55,878 bases of DNA from Chlamydiota bacterium. Its GTDB lineage: Bacteria; Chlamydiota; Chlamydiia; Chlamydiales; SM23-39. The notes beneath the pieces were generated by a model that saw only the letters and a program-made list of their open reading frames with translations, had not been told where the DNA came from and ran no database searches. Below, one piece after another: positions 19,724 through 29,489 of this stretch. Where the stretch lies: the NCBI GenBank assembly GCA_048498835.1, contig JBEHXF010000006.1, positions 1 to 55,878 on the forward strand, in the 5' to 3' direction. How positions within the stretch are numbered: the stretch's first letter is position 1; each line of letters begins with the position of its first letter. Position numbers and translations under genes: made by a program.

Positions 19724-21721
19724 TTATATTGCTACATTGAATGCAAAGTGAATCATACTCCAGCCGCCCGTGAAAAAGTCTTCGGTATGGCATTTAATAC
19801 CCCAATCGAATCGAGCTGAGACATAAGAATCATAGTTATAACGAAGTCCTGGTCCCGCTCCTAAGAGGTAGCCAGTTCTCGGCTCTCCTGGGCTTGTGGT
19901 ATGGTTGCGAATCCATCCATAATCGATAAAGAGCACGCCTTGGAGAGCATCTTTTTTCTTCTTTCGAGAAAAGACAGCGGCAAACGGAGTTCGTATTTCT
20001 GCGTTCGCGTTGAAGGCATAGTCGCCGTTTAATTGCCGTTCGTCGTATCCGCGAACTGTTTCGTATCCGCCCATTCCGTATTGCTCGGTGGCAAGAAGGC
20101 TTTTAGAAGAAATTTGGCCGCGCGCCCAGAGAGTCAGGCTGAAATCGCGAGGGAGGTATTGAAGATAGCGAATCGATCCTCTGGCGTAAACGTACTTCAC
20201 TTTTGCTCCAGGGCGTAAGGCATTGTAGTCGGCGTTTGTCTGGTCTGGGAGGAATTTCGCTGGCGACCAGAAGACTTCCGCTTCCCAATCAATGCGAGAA
20301 TATCTCGCATCAAAGGTGCCGTTAGCTACCCCGACTAATTGAGCTAATTTTACCGTTGCGTTGCTCGGCTCAATTTCAAAAAGCGGGTTGAATTGGATGA
20401 CGTTATTCATCGTCTTGTAATCAAACCCAAAAGAAATATCGGTGTGAGATCGACCAGAGGGGGTAAGAGGAACCGTATAGCGCAAAGAAGCTTGGCCACT
20501 TCTACCGTGATTTGAGCTAGTTTCAGCAGCGAGATCGGCGTGAACCCAAGAATAGCCACCATACATATTGAGGACGTGGAGCCAGGGGAGCATGGCAATG
20601 TATTGTCCCGTATGGGCTTGTAGTTTGCTGAAGTTTGTCGAAGCTGTGTATTGGTAATTCATGACATGGTTTAAATTGAATACTCGACCAATCGAGAAGC
20701 CTGAATAGAGTCTTTCGCGATGGGTTGGCAGCACGCCAGTATTGTCAAAGCCTACATAGGCTCGACCGGGAAAGCGACTTTCGACCAGGAAATCGATATC
20801 AGTTGTGCCTGGAACGCTTCCTGGATAATAGATTGCATCGACTCGACGAAACGGATTGCGATTTAAAAAATCTACGCCTTGTTCAATTTTATTCACATCC
20901 ACTCGATCACCGGGACGGAAGGGGACCGATCGCTCGATCAGCGAATAGCTCGTATAGCAATCTTCTTGCACATGGATCGTTCCAACTCGGCTTTCAATGA
21001 CCAAAACTTGGAGTACTCCATCTGTGATGTCTTGCCTTGGGACGATCACTTCGACAAACGGTCTTCCTTCCTTGGTGTAATAGCGTTGGATGATCTCTTT
21101 AATTTCTAAGATGGCTTCTTTGTGAAAAGGTGCGCCCCAAGTATAAGGTTGGAGATCGCTGAGTAATTGGGTATACCCACCTGGAACATCGAGGCCGATG
21201 ATTTCAACGCCGCTGAAATTCTCTTGTTCTTTTGCATCGAGCATGTATTCTTTTGAACTGACTAGAACGACTCCTCTGCCTCCAGGAGTTTGGAAGAGGG
21301 GCTTTTTCTCTGGGCATTCGCAGGATGGATGAGAGTGAGCGGAGACAGCTTCTTCTGATGCTTGCACCTCTAAGGCGGGCTCTTCGACGGCAAGTTGGGT
21401 CTCTTCTGCAACTTGTTCTTCAAATGCCGGTTCTTCGGCAGCGAAATCTTCTACGGCTAGTGGAGACTCTTCAGTAGTAGATTCTTCCACTGCAAGCTGA
21501 GATTCTTGTTCATCAAGTGCAGGTTCTTCAGCGGCGAGCTGAGCTTCTTCCAAGATCTCTTCTAAAACCGGCTCTTCTGAAGCAACTTGAGCTTCTTCAG
21601 CGCTTGGTATTTCTGATGTTTTTTCAATGAGAAGTTCCGTTTGAGCGGATAAGGGGGAGAGAAAGGAGACAAAGCAGATCGCAATCGAAAGGAGCGGTTT
21701 TTTTCGGCTGAAGTCTTTCAT
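19724..21721 (-). CDS. ShlB/FhaC/HecB family two-partner secretion transporter (TpsB)
   Basis: POTRA-like PRQDITDGVLQVLVIE, DNTG, TVRGY loop-6 motif, FIDYG and GAGPGLRY; acidic N-terminal repeats. Confidence 0.9.
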   Translation of the reverse strand: MKDFSRKKPLLSIAICFVSFLSPLSAQTELLIEKTSEIPSAEEAQVASEEPVLEEILEEAQLAAEEPALDEQESQLAVEESTTEESPLAVEDFAAEEPAFEEQVAEETQLAVEEPALEVQASEEAVSAHSHPSCECPEKKPLFQTPGGRGVVLVSSKEYMLDAKEQENFSGVEIIGLDVPGGYTQLLSDLQPYTWGAPFHKEAILEIKEIIQRYYTKEGRPFVEVIVPRQDITDGVLQVLVIESRVGTIHVQEDCYTSYSLIERSVPFRPGDRVDVNKIEQGVDFLNRNPFRRVDAIYYPGSVPGTTDIDFLVESRFPGRAYVGFDNTGVLPTHRERLYSGFSIGRVFNLNHVMNYQYTASTNFSKLQAHTGQYIAMLPWLHVLNMYGGYSWVHADLAAETSSNHGRSGQASLRYTVPLTPSGRSHTDISFGFDYKTMNNVIQFNPLFEIEPSNATVKLAQLVGVANGTFDARYSRIDWEAEVFWSPAKFLPDQTNADYNALRPGAKVKYVYARGSIRYLQYLPRDFSLTLWARGQISSKSLLATEQYGMGGYETVRGYDERQLNGDYAFNANAEIRTPFAAVFSRKKKKDALQGVLFIDYGWIRNHTTSPGEPRTGYLLGAGPGLRYNYDSYVSARFDWGIKCHTEDFFTGGWSMIHFAFNVAI

Positions 21722-21792
21722 GGATGCTCGTGTAAAATTGATCCTCCTCTTGATACTGGAAAAAAAGAAAAAAAGCAAAAAAATATTTAAAA

Positions 21793-22431
21793 CTAGAGGC
21801 GTCTTTCGATAGGAACGAACTGTTGGACGTAAGGGTTGTAGGCGAACATTTCAGCTGTAGCAATTTTGAAAAACCAACCATGCAGACGTAGTGTGCCGGA
21901 GTCAAGTTTCGCTTTTACAGCAGGATAAGTGTGGAGGTTTTCAAGAGCAAATAGGACATTCTCTTCTGCGGCGGCTGTCGCTCTCTCTTCTGGATCGATG
22001 AGGTGAGTATAGTTATGCTCGATGATATTTCGGACGGGCGAGGCCACCTCGAGCCACTTTTCTAAATGAGGCATAGAAGAGTTCGTTGGAAGACCATTGA
22101 GGAGAGCGCTCATTGCCCCGCAAAGCGAGTGGCCGCATACAACCACATCTCCCACGCCAAGCGTTTCGATGGCAAACTCAATGGCTGCGGCCGTTGAATT
22201 GATGCTACCAGTTGGATCTGCGGGCGGTACAATATTGCCCACGTTCTTAACTACGAAGAGATCTCCAGGTTTACTCTGCGTGATCAATTCAGCTAAAACG
22301 CGTGAGTCGCTACAGGTGATAAATAAAGTGTGAGGGTTTTGTCCCTCACGCGAGAGTCGGCAAAAGAGCTCTTCATACCGGCCAAGCTCATTTTCCCTGA
22401 ATTTATGAATGCCCTGAATCAACTTTAGCAT
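21793..22431 (-). CDS. beta-class carbonic anhydrase
   Basis: GQNP, CSDSR, PGDLFVVKNVGN and CGHSLCGAM zinc ligands. Confidence 0.95.
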   Translation of the reverse strand: MLKLIQGIHKFRENELGRYEELFCRLSREGQNPHTLFITCSDSRVLAELITQSKPGDLFVVKNVGNIVPPADPTGSINSTAAAIEFAIETLGVGDVVVCGHSLCGAMSALLNGLPTNSSMPHLEKWLEVASPVRNIIEHNYTHLIDPEERATAAAEENVLFALENLHTYPAVKAKLDSGTLRLHGWFFKIATAEMFAYNPYVQQFVPIERRL

Positions 22432-22504
22432 GATAACAAAACTCCCAGTACACATTTAGCCACGATTGTGAAAAATCAGGCAAGAGAGAGTTTTAATATA
22501 CAGG

Positions 22505-22909
22505 TTAGCCACCGAGGCGGGGTTGCTTCGTCGTTTTTAAATCAAAATTGCTTTTTTTGCTTTTTTTGAAGTCTTTTGGATGTATGTGAACGATGGGCAC
22601 TGGAATCGTACGATATAAATTGCCTACCATACGACATTTTAAGCGATTGAATACTTCTTGCGCTGATTGAAGAGGTCTGTTCCAGGTATCTGTCTGAAGC
22701 GCAGTAAACCCTCTCACTAAACTCTTATCTTTTGCCTGCTTAGGAACCCCCATGTATTTTTCTATTCCATCCATGCAAAGAAGTAGCTCTCTTTCCGCCG
22801 CAGCTATATTTTCCATATTTTCGAACTCAAAACAAACTGCCTTTCGTTTATCGCAAAAATAAATTCTTTGCAGGCCTATCACATCGGCTTCGATGAATGT
22901 TGTCGTCAT
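22505..22909 (-). CDS. hypothetical protein
   Basis: 134-aa ORF with an AGGAG RBS and a basic C-terminus. Confidence 0.6.
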   Translation of the reverse strand: MTTTFIEADVIGLQRIYFCDKRKAVCFEFENMENIAAAERELLLCMDGIEKYMGVPKQAKDKSLVRGFTALQTDTWNRPLQSAQEVFNRLKCRMVGNLYRTIPVPIVHIHPKDFKKSKKSNFDLKTTKQPRLGG

Positions 22910-23086
22910 GTTAGCTCCTGGTTAAGGATGTGTAAAGAAAGCAAGTTACGCGGTTAAAGGGTTTTATGGCAACCTTTAAAATTCCCTTTTTTTCTTATTT
23001 TCTGTTTATTATAATTGTTTGAATTGTATTTAATTAATTACTCAAATTTAGTAATTATAATAATAAGAGTTAGTGTAGGGGGAATA

Positions 23087-23317
23087 ATGAAGAGAGAGCA
23101 ATTTGAGCGCAAGTGGCACGAAATCAAATTGAAGATTCAAGACAAATGGGAAAAACTCACCGATGCAGATATTGCCCAAATCAATGGGAAGTATGACCAT
23201 CTCTCTTCTAAACTCCAGAAAAAGTATGGCTTAGAAAAAGAACAAGCTGAGCAAGAAATCGATGGTTGGGAAGGTCCAGCTGGTGGCCAGACCTACTTTT
23301 GGCGAGAAGATCAGTAA
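23087..23317 (+). CDS. CsbD/YjbJ family stress protein
   Basis: KWHEIK, KWEKLTDAD and LQKKYG; RBS before ATG 23087. Confidence 0.88.
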   Translation: MKREQFERKWHEIKLKIQDKWEKLTDADIAQINGKYDHLSSKLQKKYGLEKEQAEQEIDGWEGPAGGQTYFWREDQ

Positions 23318-23320
23318 TCG

Positions 23321-24334
23321 CTAGAAGGGGAAAGCGACGGAAAATTCTTGTGGTTCAGCTATAGCTGCTCGAGTTGCCCATGCAGCGCTTGCCATCAGGA
23401 TGAAATCGTACCAAGTGTGGAGGGCTACACTTTCTTGCAACGAGTGGTTTTTGTGTGTGAGCCAACCGCAATAAGCACCTACGACTGTGATGAGAGGAAG
23501 GCTGAAGGTGTAATAACCAGTTCGTCTATCTGCAGGCAAGAGTAGAGCGTTTGGGATGTGCGCAGCGCTAAAGATGAGAGAGGATAGAGTAATGGCGCCC
23601 CAAGGTGGAAGATATTCAGCCAATGCTGATTGAATGCCGCCGCGATATAAGGCCTCTTCGCCAATTCCAATTGGAAGAGCTGCAATTGGTGCAAGCGAAA
23701 GGTGGCCGGCAGAGGCTGTCTGGTTGCTTATTAAAGATAAGTAGCCCACTCCTACGCCCATCGCTAAAAGACCTAATGTGCCCCCCCAAACTTCTGGTTT
23801 TTTAATGATGCTCCAGCGGAAAGGGGCTGCGGTAAGGTCGGCGAGGCTATCTGTAGGCATAGCGTAGTGATAACCTTCTTGGTGGTTGAAAACGCGAGCG
23901 TCGCGATAGGCAGCGTAGATGCCATAAATCCAAGCCGATTGAGCGGCGATCAGGCTAGAAAATCGGACTGAGCCGTTTAATTGTGGTGTAGCGAAGAGTC
24001 CAACACCGGCTCCCGTGCCGGTGAAAAGTCCGCCAGCCGTTCTCATATCACCTAAATAGACGTGGCCAAGTCCAGGGACCATTCCGGAGAGCGTCACAGC
24101 CCAAAAAGGACTTTTGCGAGGTAATTCAAAATGGGGTGTGGGAATTTCGATCGGTTCGATCGGAGTTATGTCAAGAGTGAGAGGAGCTTGAAGAACGGAT
24201 CCCGGATCAAGTGCGGCGATCTCATCAGGAAATTTCTGATCGAGAGCGAGCTGCTCAATCTCGGGATTGGTTTCTTCAAAGGGGGCGCCATAGATCAGAG
24301 AAGTAGAACATAAAATGGTTAATAAACTTCTCAT
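23321..24334 (-). CDS. CPBP (Abi/CAAX) intramembrane metalloprotease family protein
   Basis: EEALYRG, FSAAH and ALHTWYD motifs; N-terminal PGLGHVYLG. Confidence 0.85.
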   Translation of the reverse strand: MRSLLTILCSTSLIYGAPFEETNPEIEQLALDQKFPDEIAALDPGSVLQAPLTLDITPIEPIEIPTPHFELPRKSPFWAVTLSGMVPGLGHVYLGDMRTAGGLFTGTGAGVGLFATPQLNGSVRFSSLIAAQSAWIYGIYAAYRDARVFNHQEGYHYAMPTDSLADLTAAPFRWSIIKKPEVWGGTLGLLAMGVGVGYLSLISNQTASAGHLSLAPIAALPIGIGEEALYRGGIQSALAEYLPPWGAITLSSLIFSAAHIPNALLLPADRRTGYYTFSLPLITVVGAYCGWLTHKNHSLQESVALHTWYDFILMASAAWATRAAIAEPQEFSVAFPF

Positions 24335-24359
24335 ATGACCCCCAATTAAACGGTAAAGC

Positions 24360-25529
24360 TTATACCGCTACGGTGATTTTTTTCAACGAAGTATAGAGTC
24401 GATAGAGCGGTTTAATCACTGCATCGATCCTTTTCAACTTCAAAAATTTATCGTCTTGCAATTCCAACTTTGTCTCTTCACGGGTCAAGAGAGTGTCCAT
24501 GTTGGACAGTTCTTGATCGCGTTTAAAGGCTTTCCAGTTGTTATACAACGCAGCAAGGCAGAAGTAGATCGTAATGGCGATCGCTCCTTTAAGTTCCATC
24601 TCTTTTACATCCACTCGGTTTAGGTAGAAGTAGAGATCGTATTGTCCCATTTGCTGGGCGAGCTTTGGTGCTCCTTCCAAGTAAACGAAGAGCGAGCTGA
24701 AGACCCCGAATAAAGTGGGGATCAGGGACAGAACGATCGATCGAAAATTAGACGTAATCCACCACCCCATATCGACGCGTGGTTGATAGGAAGCGTCGGC
24801 GAGTTTCGTGAGAATCTGCGTCGCTGCTTGCTTGTTCTTTCCCTGATCTTCAGCTAGAGCGGCAAGAAGTAAAAATCTTGCTTGGTCAAGCTCTGTGGTG
24901 AAGAGGAGCGAAAAAGGTCCTTTTTCGTCGAGTTCTCGGACGACTTTGTCTGCTTGGTTTAGCCAGTTTAAGCAAACTTCATGGTCATTGAGCTCATTAC
25001 TAGGGCGCTCGACAGCTTCAATCCCTTTGATGTTCATTTCTGTGAGCATCTGATCGAGCTCTCGGATTTTTTCTCTGATCTCTACCGATCGTTTGTGGTT
25101 GAGTTCAGTTAAAATATTCAATTCGACGGTTTTGATTCTCTCTTTTTCAACAGCTTCTTTTGCTGTATTTTTAGTCATTTTATAGTTCTCGTAGCCCACG
25201 AAGGCGCCAAGCGCAATGCAGGAGGAGAGAATGCCGTAGAAAAAAGAGGCAGAATTGGTGTGGAAGCCGGTAAAGGCGCTTACCCCCATCCAGGCTCCTA
25301 ATGTGGCCGTTAAGACTGTATTCAATACGGCCGTGATGCTTCCTAAAAATTCAGTTTTATCGGCGTCGACTGCTTTCTTGCTTTCAGAGTCGATTTTGCC
25401 TAACTGGAATAGCTCAGAAACTTCTTGGTTCGAAAGCCATTTCTTTAAATGCTCTTTTCCTTTTTTAACGTGTTTTTGCAGGAGTAGCAATTCAATGGGT
25501 GTCAGTTGTTCTAATGTCTGGTTCAACAT
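24360..25529 (-). CDS. membrane protein with paired hydrophobic hairpins and coiled coils (Inc-like architecture)
   Basis: Two bilobed hydrophobic segments, each followed by a charged helical stretch; GGAGG RBS before ATG 25529. Confidence 0.65.
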   Translation of the reverse strand: MLNQTLEQLTPIELLLLQKHVKKGKEHLKKWLSNQEVSELFQLGKIDSESKKAVDADKTEFLGSITAVLNTVLTATLGAWMGVSAFTGFHTNSASFFYGILSSCIALGAFVGYENYKMTKNTAKEAVEKERIKTVELNILTELNHKRSVEIREKIRELDQMLTEMNIKGIEAVERPSNELNDHEVCLNWLNQADKVVRELDEKGPFSLLFTTELDQARFLLLAALAEDQGKNKQAATQILTKLADASYQPRVDMGWWITSNFRSIVLSLIPTLFGVFSSLFVYLEGAPKLAQQMGQYDLYFYLNRVDVKEMELKGAIAITIYFCLAALYNNWKAFKRDQELSNMDTLLTREETKLELQDDKFLKLKRIDAVIKPLYRLYTSLKKITVAV

Positions 25530-25615
25530 GGTTACCTCCATTAAAATGTTTATTTCTCTCAGCGATATTTTCGTTGAGAGAGGTAAGATAATACTCATGG
25601 GATTTTATGGATAGG

Positions 25616-26083
25616 CTATTCTGCGCTACTCGGTCCATAGGGAGGGGGGACTGTGATTCCCTGTTCCCCAATCGCTTGGATGGTATCGGCGACAAAGTCG
25701 GGGACAAGAGCATTTGTCCTTTGTAAAACGGCGTTGACGATCGTTTTATCTTGCTGAGGAAAAATCGCATGAAAACGCGGGTCATCTGCTTTGAGATGAA
25801 GAATTTCATGTTGCTGAAAAGAAGTGAATATTCGGCTTGAAACTTCGCCGATGATGGTTCTTTTTAACGCATTTACATACTGAGGTGAGACAGAACGCCA
25901 AACCGATTCTTGTAGAGGAGGAGAAAACTTGGCGTTTGCTCTCTTTTCTAACCCTTCCATCACCCCTCCAAACAAGGCGCTAAGCGCCTGTTCGGGAAGT
26001 TCTGTGTGGCCGATGAGCTGATTGGCCAATGTGCATTTATGGATCGCATGGGCCACGTGTGCTGCTTGAACGGAATAGGTCAT
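25616..26083 (-). CDS. hypothetical protein
   Basis: 155-aa ORF with an ATGA overlap to the upstream gene. Confidence 0.65.
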   Translation of the reverse strand: MTYSVQAAHVAHAIHKCTLANQLIGHTELPEQALSALFGGVMEGLEKRANAKFSPPLQESVWRSVSPQYVNALKRTIIGEVSSRIFTSFQQHEILHLKADDPRFHAIFPQQDKTIVNAVLQRTNALVPDFVADTIQAIGEQGITVPPPYGPSSAE

Positions 26084-27639
26084 GATTTTGTTCCTGTCGG
26101 ATAAACGTTACCCTCTGGATCAATTTCCCAATCTTGATTCAGTTGCTCGGCATCTGTCTTGGCTATGCCAGCTGCTTTATTGAAATTGAGCGGGATTTGT
26201 GGGTTTGCCTTTCCATTAGCAAGCATTTGCTTATGTTGCTCAAGGACTCGAGAGAGGAAGGGCAATCCTTTGATCACCGCTTGCTCCAGCTTCTCTTCTT
26301 TTGTAGAGCCGAGCTTCGGATTATTCGCGAGATTCACTAACACGGCGGGCATGTAGGTCGGGGTGCGTCCATTTTCCGGGGAATCGAGCTGGGCGATGAT
26401 TTTTTCTCGCTCTTCGTTGCCAAGCTTAAGAACAGCCTCTTTCAGCAGACGCCCTTCTTCCGGTTTAAAGAGGCGAAGCATCGCTCCCATGCGCGTGAGC
26501 GCTCGATCAATCCGCTCGGTTCCGTCGAGGCCAAGCCAGCCGGCTCTGAGATTGAGGTAATGATCGTAGGCGTCTTGCTCGGTTTTTGCAGGATCTGCGA
26601 GCACTTTGCAAGCTTCAGCCACGCCTTGCATTGCTTGGTGGGCTTGCTCCGTGTAAACAAGAGAGGAGTGTTTGTTGACATGTCCTAATGCGCCAGCTAC
26701 ATCGCATAAGTGGATGAACCAATCGAAGGAAAGAGCTGTGGGTGAGGCGGCCACTCCACTTTGTTTGAGTTTCGTGAACATGTTTGGTCCACCTTCAATG
26801 TGGGTCATGTGACCATAATGAGCTAGATTGGCCGTTTCACTCAGCAATTTGCGAGCGGCAGCGGGGAGTTTAGCAAATGTGGGGCAAAGCTCGGGGTGAT
26901 CGACGAGAATTTTCATCGCTTCACCGTGAAAATCATCATGATCAGGAGCAGTCGCGCCATAGGGCTTGAAAATTTCTCGCGCTTTTTCGCTTTTGCCCAT
27001 ATCGCCAAGCACTAACGCAGCTTCCATCGCTTGTCTCATTTCAATTTCGGACAAGCCGCCGACTTTGGATTGGAGGAGTTTGACCCCTTCCGCATGGAGT
27101 TTATCGAAGCTCTCTTTCGAGAGTTTTACTTGGACTCCCTGGGCCTTCGTAAAATCTCCATAGGCTTTTTCGCTGCCGTCGAGAATCAGTTGCAGGCAAT
27201 GGAGAGTCATCAATGTTCGGTCGAATTCAATAAACGTTTGTCCAAATAGCTGCTGCGAATAGGGCTCTTCCGCTAACGGTTGGCCTTCTTCTGTTTTCCT
27301 GACGTTTGCGTTTGCCAGCCAGGAAATTTCTGGATACTTCTCCACTGAGCTTCGAACCCAATCGATCCCTTCGAGAGCTGTCACAGGAGTTTCTTGAGCT
27401 TGGATGAAAAGTGGAGCAGCTAGAAGAGCTCCCGCTAGAAGAAAGGGAGTGAGATAGCGTATTTTATTCATGGTGGATCCTCCGGTGTGATGAGAATAAA
27501 AGCGGGCATGACTAAACCCTCCTCGATCAAATCGAGGAAATGTTGGGCAATGAAAACGACTTGTTAGGACGGTATATCGCGATGGTATTGAGGGGACAAA
27601 TGGAACTCGTCGGTAAAGCGAACTCGTTATTCGTAACAT
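26080..27639 (-). CDS. exported hypothetical protein with His/Asp metal-binding-like motifs; alternative start at 27471
   Basis: GDMGK, DHDDFH, HYGHMTHIEG and HLCDVAGALGH; RBS-like sequences before both ATG 27639 and ATG 27471. Confidence 0.75.
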   Translation of the reverse strand: MLRITSSLYRRVPFVPSIPSRYTVLTSRFHCPTFPRFDRGGFSHARFYSHHTGGSTMNKIRYLTPFLLAGALLAAPLFIQAQETPVTALEGIDWVRSSVEKYPEISWLANANVRKTEEGQPLAEEPYSQQLFGQTFIEFDRTLMTLHCLQLILDGSEKAYGDFTKAQGVQVKLSKESFDKLHAEGVKLLQSKVGGLSEIEMRQAMEAALVLGDMGKSEKAREIFKPYGATAPDHDDFHGEAMKILVDHPELCPTFAKLPAAARKLLSETANLAHYGHMTHIEGGPNMFTKLKQSGVAASPTALSFDWFIHLCDVAGALGHVNKHSSLVYTEQAHQAMQGVAEACKVLADPAKTEQDAYDHYLNLRAGWLGLDGTERIDRALTRMGAMLRLFKPEEGRLLKEAVLKLGNEEREKIIAQLDSPENGRTPTYMPAVLVNLANNPKLGSTKEEKLEQAVIKGLPFLSRVLEQHKQMLANGKANPQIPLNFNKAAGIAKTDAEQLNQDWEIDPEGNVYPTGTKS

Positions 27640-27744
27640 AAGATGATCCTTTTAAAAGCGGCAAGTACTCTAGCAAAAAGGGTGAATTTTTCTCACCTCT
27701 GTGTTGACTGTAAAATTAAAAATAATAGATAGTATTCAAACTAA

Positions 27745-28605
27745 ATGAAAAATACAGTCAAAGCAGCACTTTTTCTTCCTCGTCAACTTTTGCGTTTGGC
27801 AAAATATTTGCTTGCGGATCGAGAGTCCAAACTCTATGAGCGGATGGAACCAAACTTGCCTGATGAGAGAACCGTTTTAGAGCACATTCGTCGATACACT
27901 CTTGCTTCTAACTGGGTTCAAAATAAGGTGGTTTTAGATCTCGCTTGTGGAGAAGGGTATGGTTCATCGATGTTAGCGGCTCGAGCGAAGGAGGTCATCG
28001 GCATCGATCTTTGCAAGGAAACGATTGCTGCAGCAACTAGGAAATATGCGAAAAACCATCTCACTTTTGAAGTGGGATCGATGACTCACTTTCCGTTTAA
28101 TGGAGGGAAAACTTTTGATGTCATTGTCTGCTTTGAAGCGTTGGAACACATCCAAGAGCATGAGGAGTGTTTTAGTGAGATAAAAAGACACTTAAAACCC
28201 GGGGGATTGCTGATTCTTTCGACCCCAAATCGCCCCGTTTATTCACCACCCGGCGGTAATCAAAATCCATTCCATTTCAAAGAACTCGATTACGAGGAGC
28301 TTCAAACTTTATTCGGTCGCTATTTTCGCCATTTTCAGTGCTTTGGACAACAAACATATCTCTTTTCAAACATCTACCCGCTCGATGGTTCCCCCAACTG
28401 CTTTTTAGACGATGTGCTAAAAGATCCTCATCCGCCCTATTTCTTTTGCCTCGGTTCAGATGAGGTGATTCAGATCGAAAAAAATTATCATCCAGATCCT
28501 CGATTTCCCGATTGGATGCCACCGCCCGCTCCGCCTCAAACTAATAAAGCAAAGTTGCGTGAGCGGTTGAGCAAGTGGAAGAAGAGTTTTCTGAAAAGCC
28601 AATAG
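27745..28605 (+). CDS. class I SAM-dependent methyltransferase
   Basis: EHIRRY, VLDLACGEGYG, FEALEH, LKPGGLLILSTPN and NPFH. Confidence 0.92.
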   Translation: MKNTVKAALFLPRQLLRLAKYLLADRESKLYERMEPNLPDERTVLEHIRRYTLASNWVQNKVVLDLACGEGYGSSMLAARAKEVIGIDLCKETIAAATRKYAKNHLTFEVGSMTHFPFNGGKTFDVIVCFEALEHIQEHEECFSEIKRHLKPGGLLILSTPNRPVYSPPGGNQNPFHFKELDYEELQTLFGRYFRHFQCFGQQTYLFSNIYPLDGSPNCFLDDVLKDPHPPYFFCLGSDEVIQIEKNYHPDPRFPDWMPPPAPPQTNKAKLRERLSKWKKSFLKSQ

Positions 28606-29489
28606 AGAGCGAGGTGGAGCATCGGCCAGGTTGATCCCCGGTTGAGGCAATATCGATACCAAGCAGCGCTTTTCATCCGCCCTTTGCTCCGAGCTGTGTA
28701 TTCTCGCCGCTCGAGAGGAGATGGGATTGTTCGTTTTAGTTGATCCAATATGTTGGAAGGGATCGGGGCATTGAACGTGACAATCAAAAATTCGATCGCG
28801 TGCGTGAGTGATAAGGTTCTATGAGCAGTTTTGGCAAGCCAGAAGAGCCGCTCCCAATCGATCTCTTGCTTTAAGAGAGTGAGGGAATCGGCAATCCACT
28901 GAATCGTTGAGGGCCGAACACAACTATGAAAGAATAGATCGGTTGGGCCTGGATCAGTGTGGCAGGAAGTCCAATGAAGGGTTATTTTCGCCCCATCTTC
29001 TCTCGTATAATCTACAAGGTCCCATCGCGCTAGGTGTTCTCGCTTGTTTGGATTAAAGTTAGCTAAACTGGAGCGATAGCCGAGTGATCGGAGTTGCGTA
29101 TCTGCCGGGCTCACTTGCTCTTTAGAAATAAGGAGGTCAATCTGCTGGATTCGTTGCGCTGCACGATCTTGATAATAGGGGTTCATTGCCATTTCTTTTA
29201 GGAAGAATAATGGCCCAAGCGTTGTTTGCAATTGGGTTACCGTAGACTCAGTTTGTTTAATAAAAAGCTGATTGGCGACCCACGTTTGTCGATAGACTCC
29301 TAGGCATCTTGAGAAAATAGGATCCGATGTCTCTAGGTCTTTTCGGCGCAGGACGAGTAGAGGCAAAAGTTGATGGCTAGCTGAATCAATCTGATCAAAA
29401 TCTACTTGTTTTAGCCACTTATTCCACGCATCATCTCCGGGAAAAAGGGCCGCCTTTAAAAGAAGGATTTGCTCAGGTGTAGGATCCAC
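28536..29489 (-). CDS. nucleotidyltransferase family protein (NTP_transf_5-like), possibly degenerate
   Basis: LK..M..YY......R..QIDLL, TLHW, WIAD and IDWERL. The family's usual KG and DxD positions read KE and QxD here. Confidence 0.7.
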   Translation of the reverse strand: MDPTPEQILLLKAALFPGDDAWNKWLKQVDFDQIDSASHQLLPLLVLRRKDLETSDPIFSRCLGVYRQTWVANQLFIKQTESTVTQLQTTLGPLFFLKEMAMNPYYQDRAAQRIQQIDLLISKEQVSPADTQLRSLGYRSSLANFNPNKREHLARWDLVDYTREDGAKITLHWTSCHTDPGPTDLFFHSCVRPSTIQWIADSLTLLKQEIDWERLFWLAKTAHRTLSLTHAIEFLIVTFNAPIPSNILDQLKRTIPSPLERREYTARSKGRMKSAAWYRYCLNRGSTWPMLHLALYWLFRKLFFHLLNRSRNFALLV

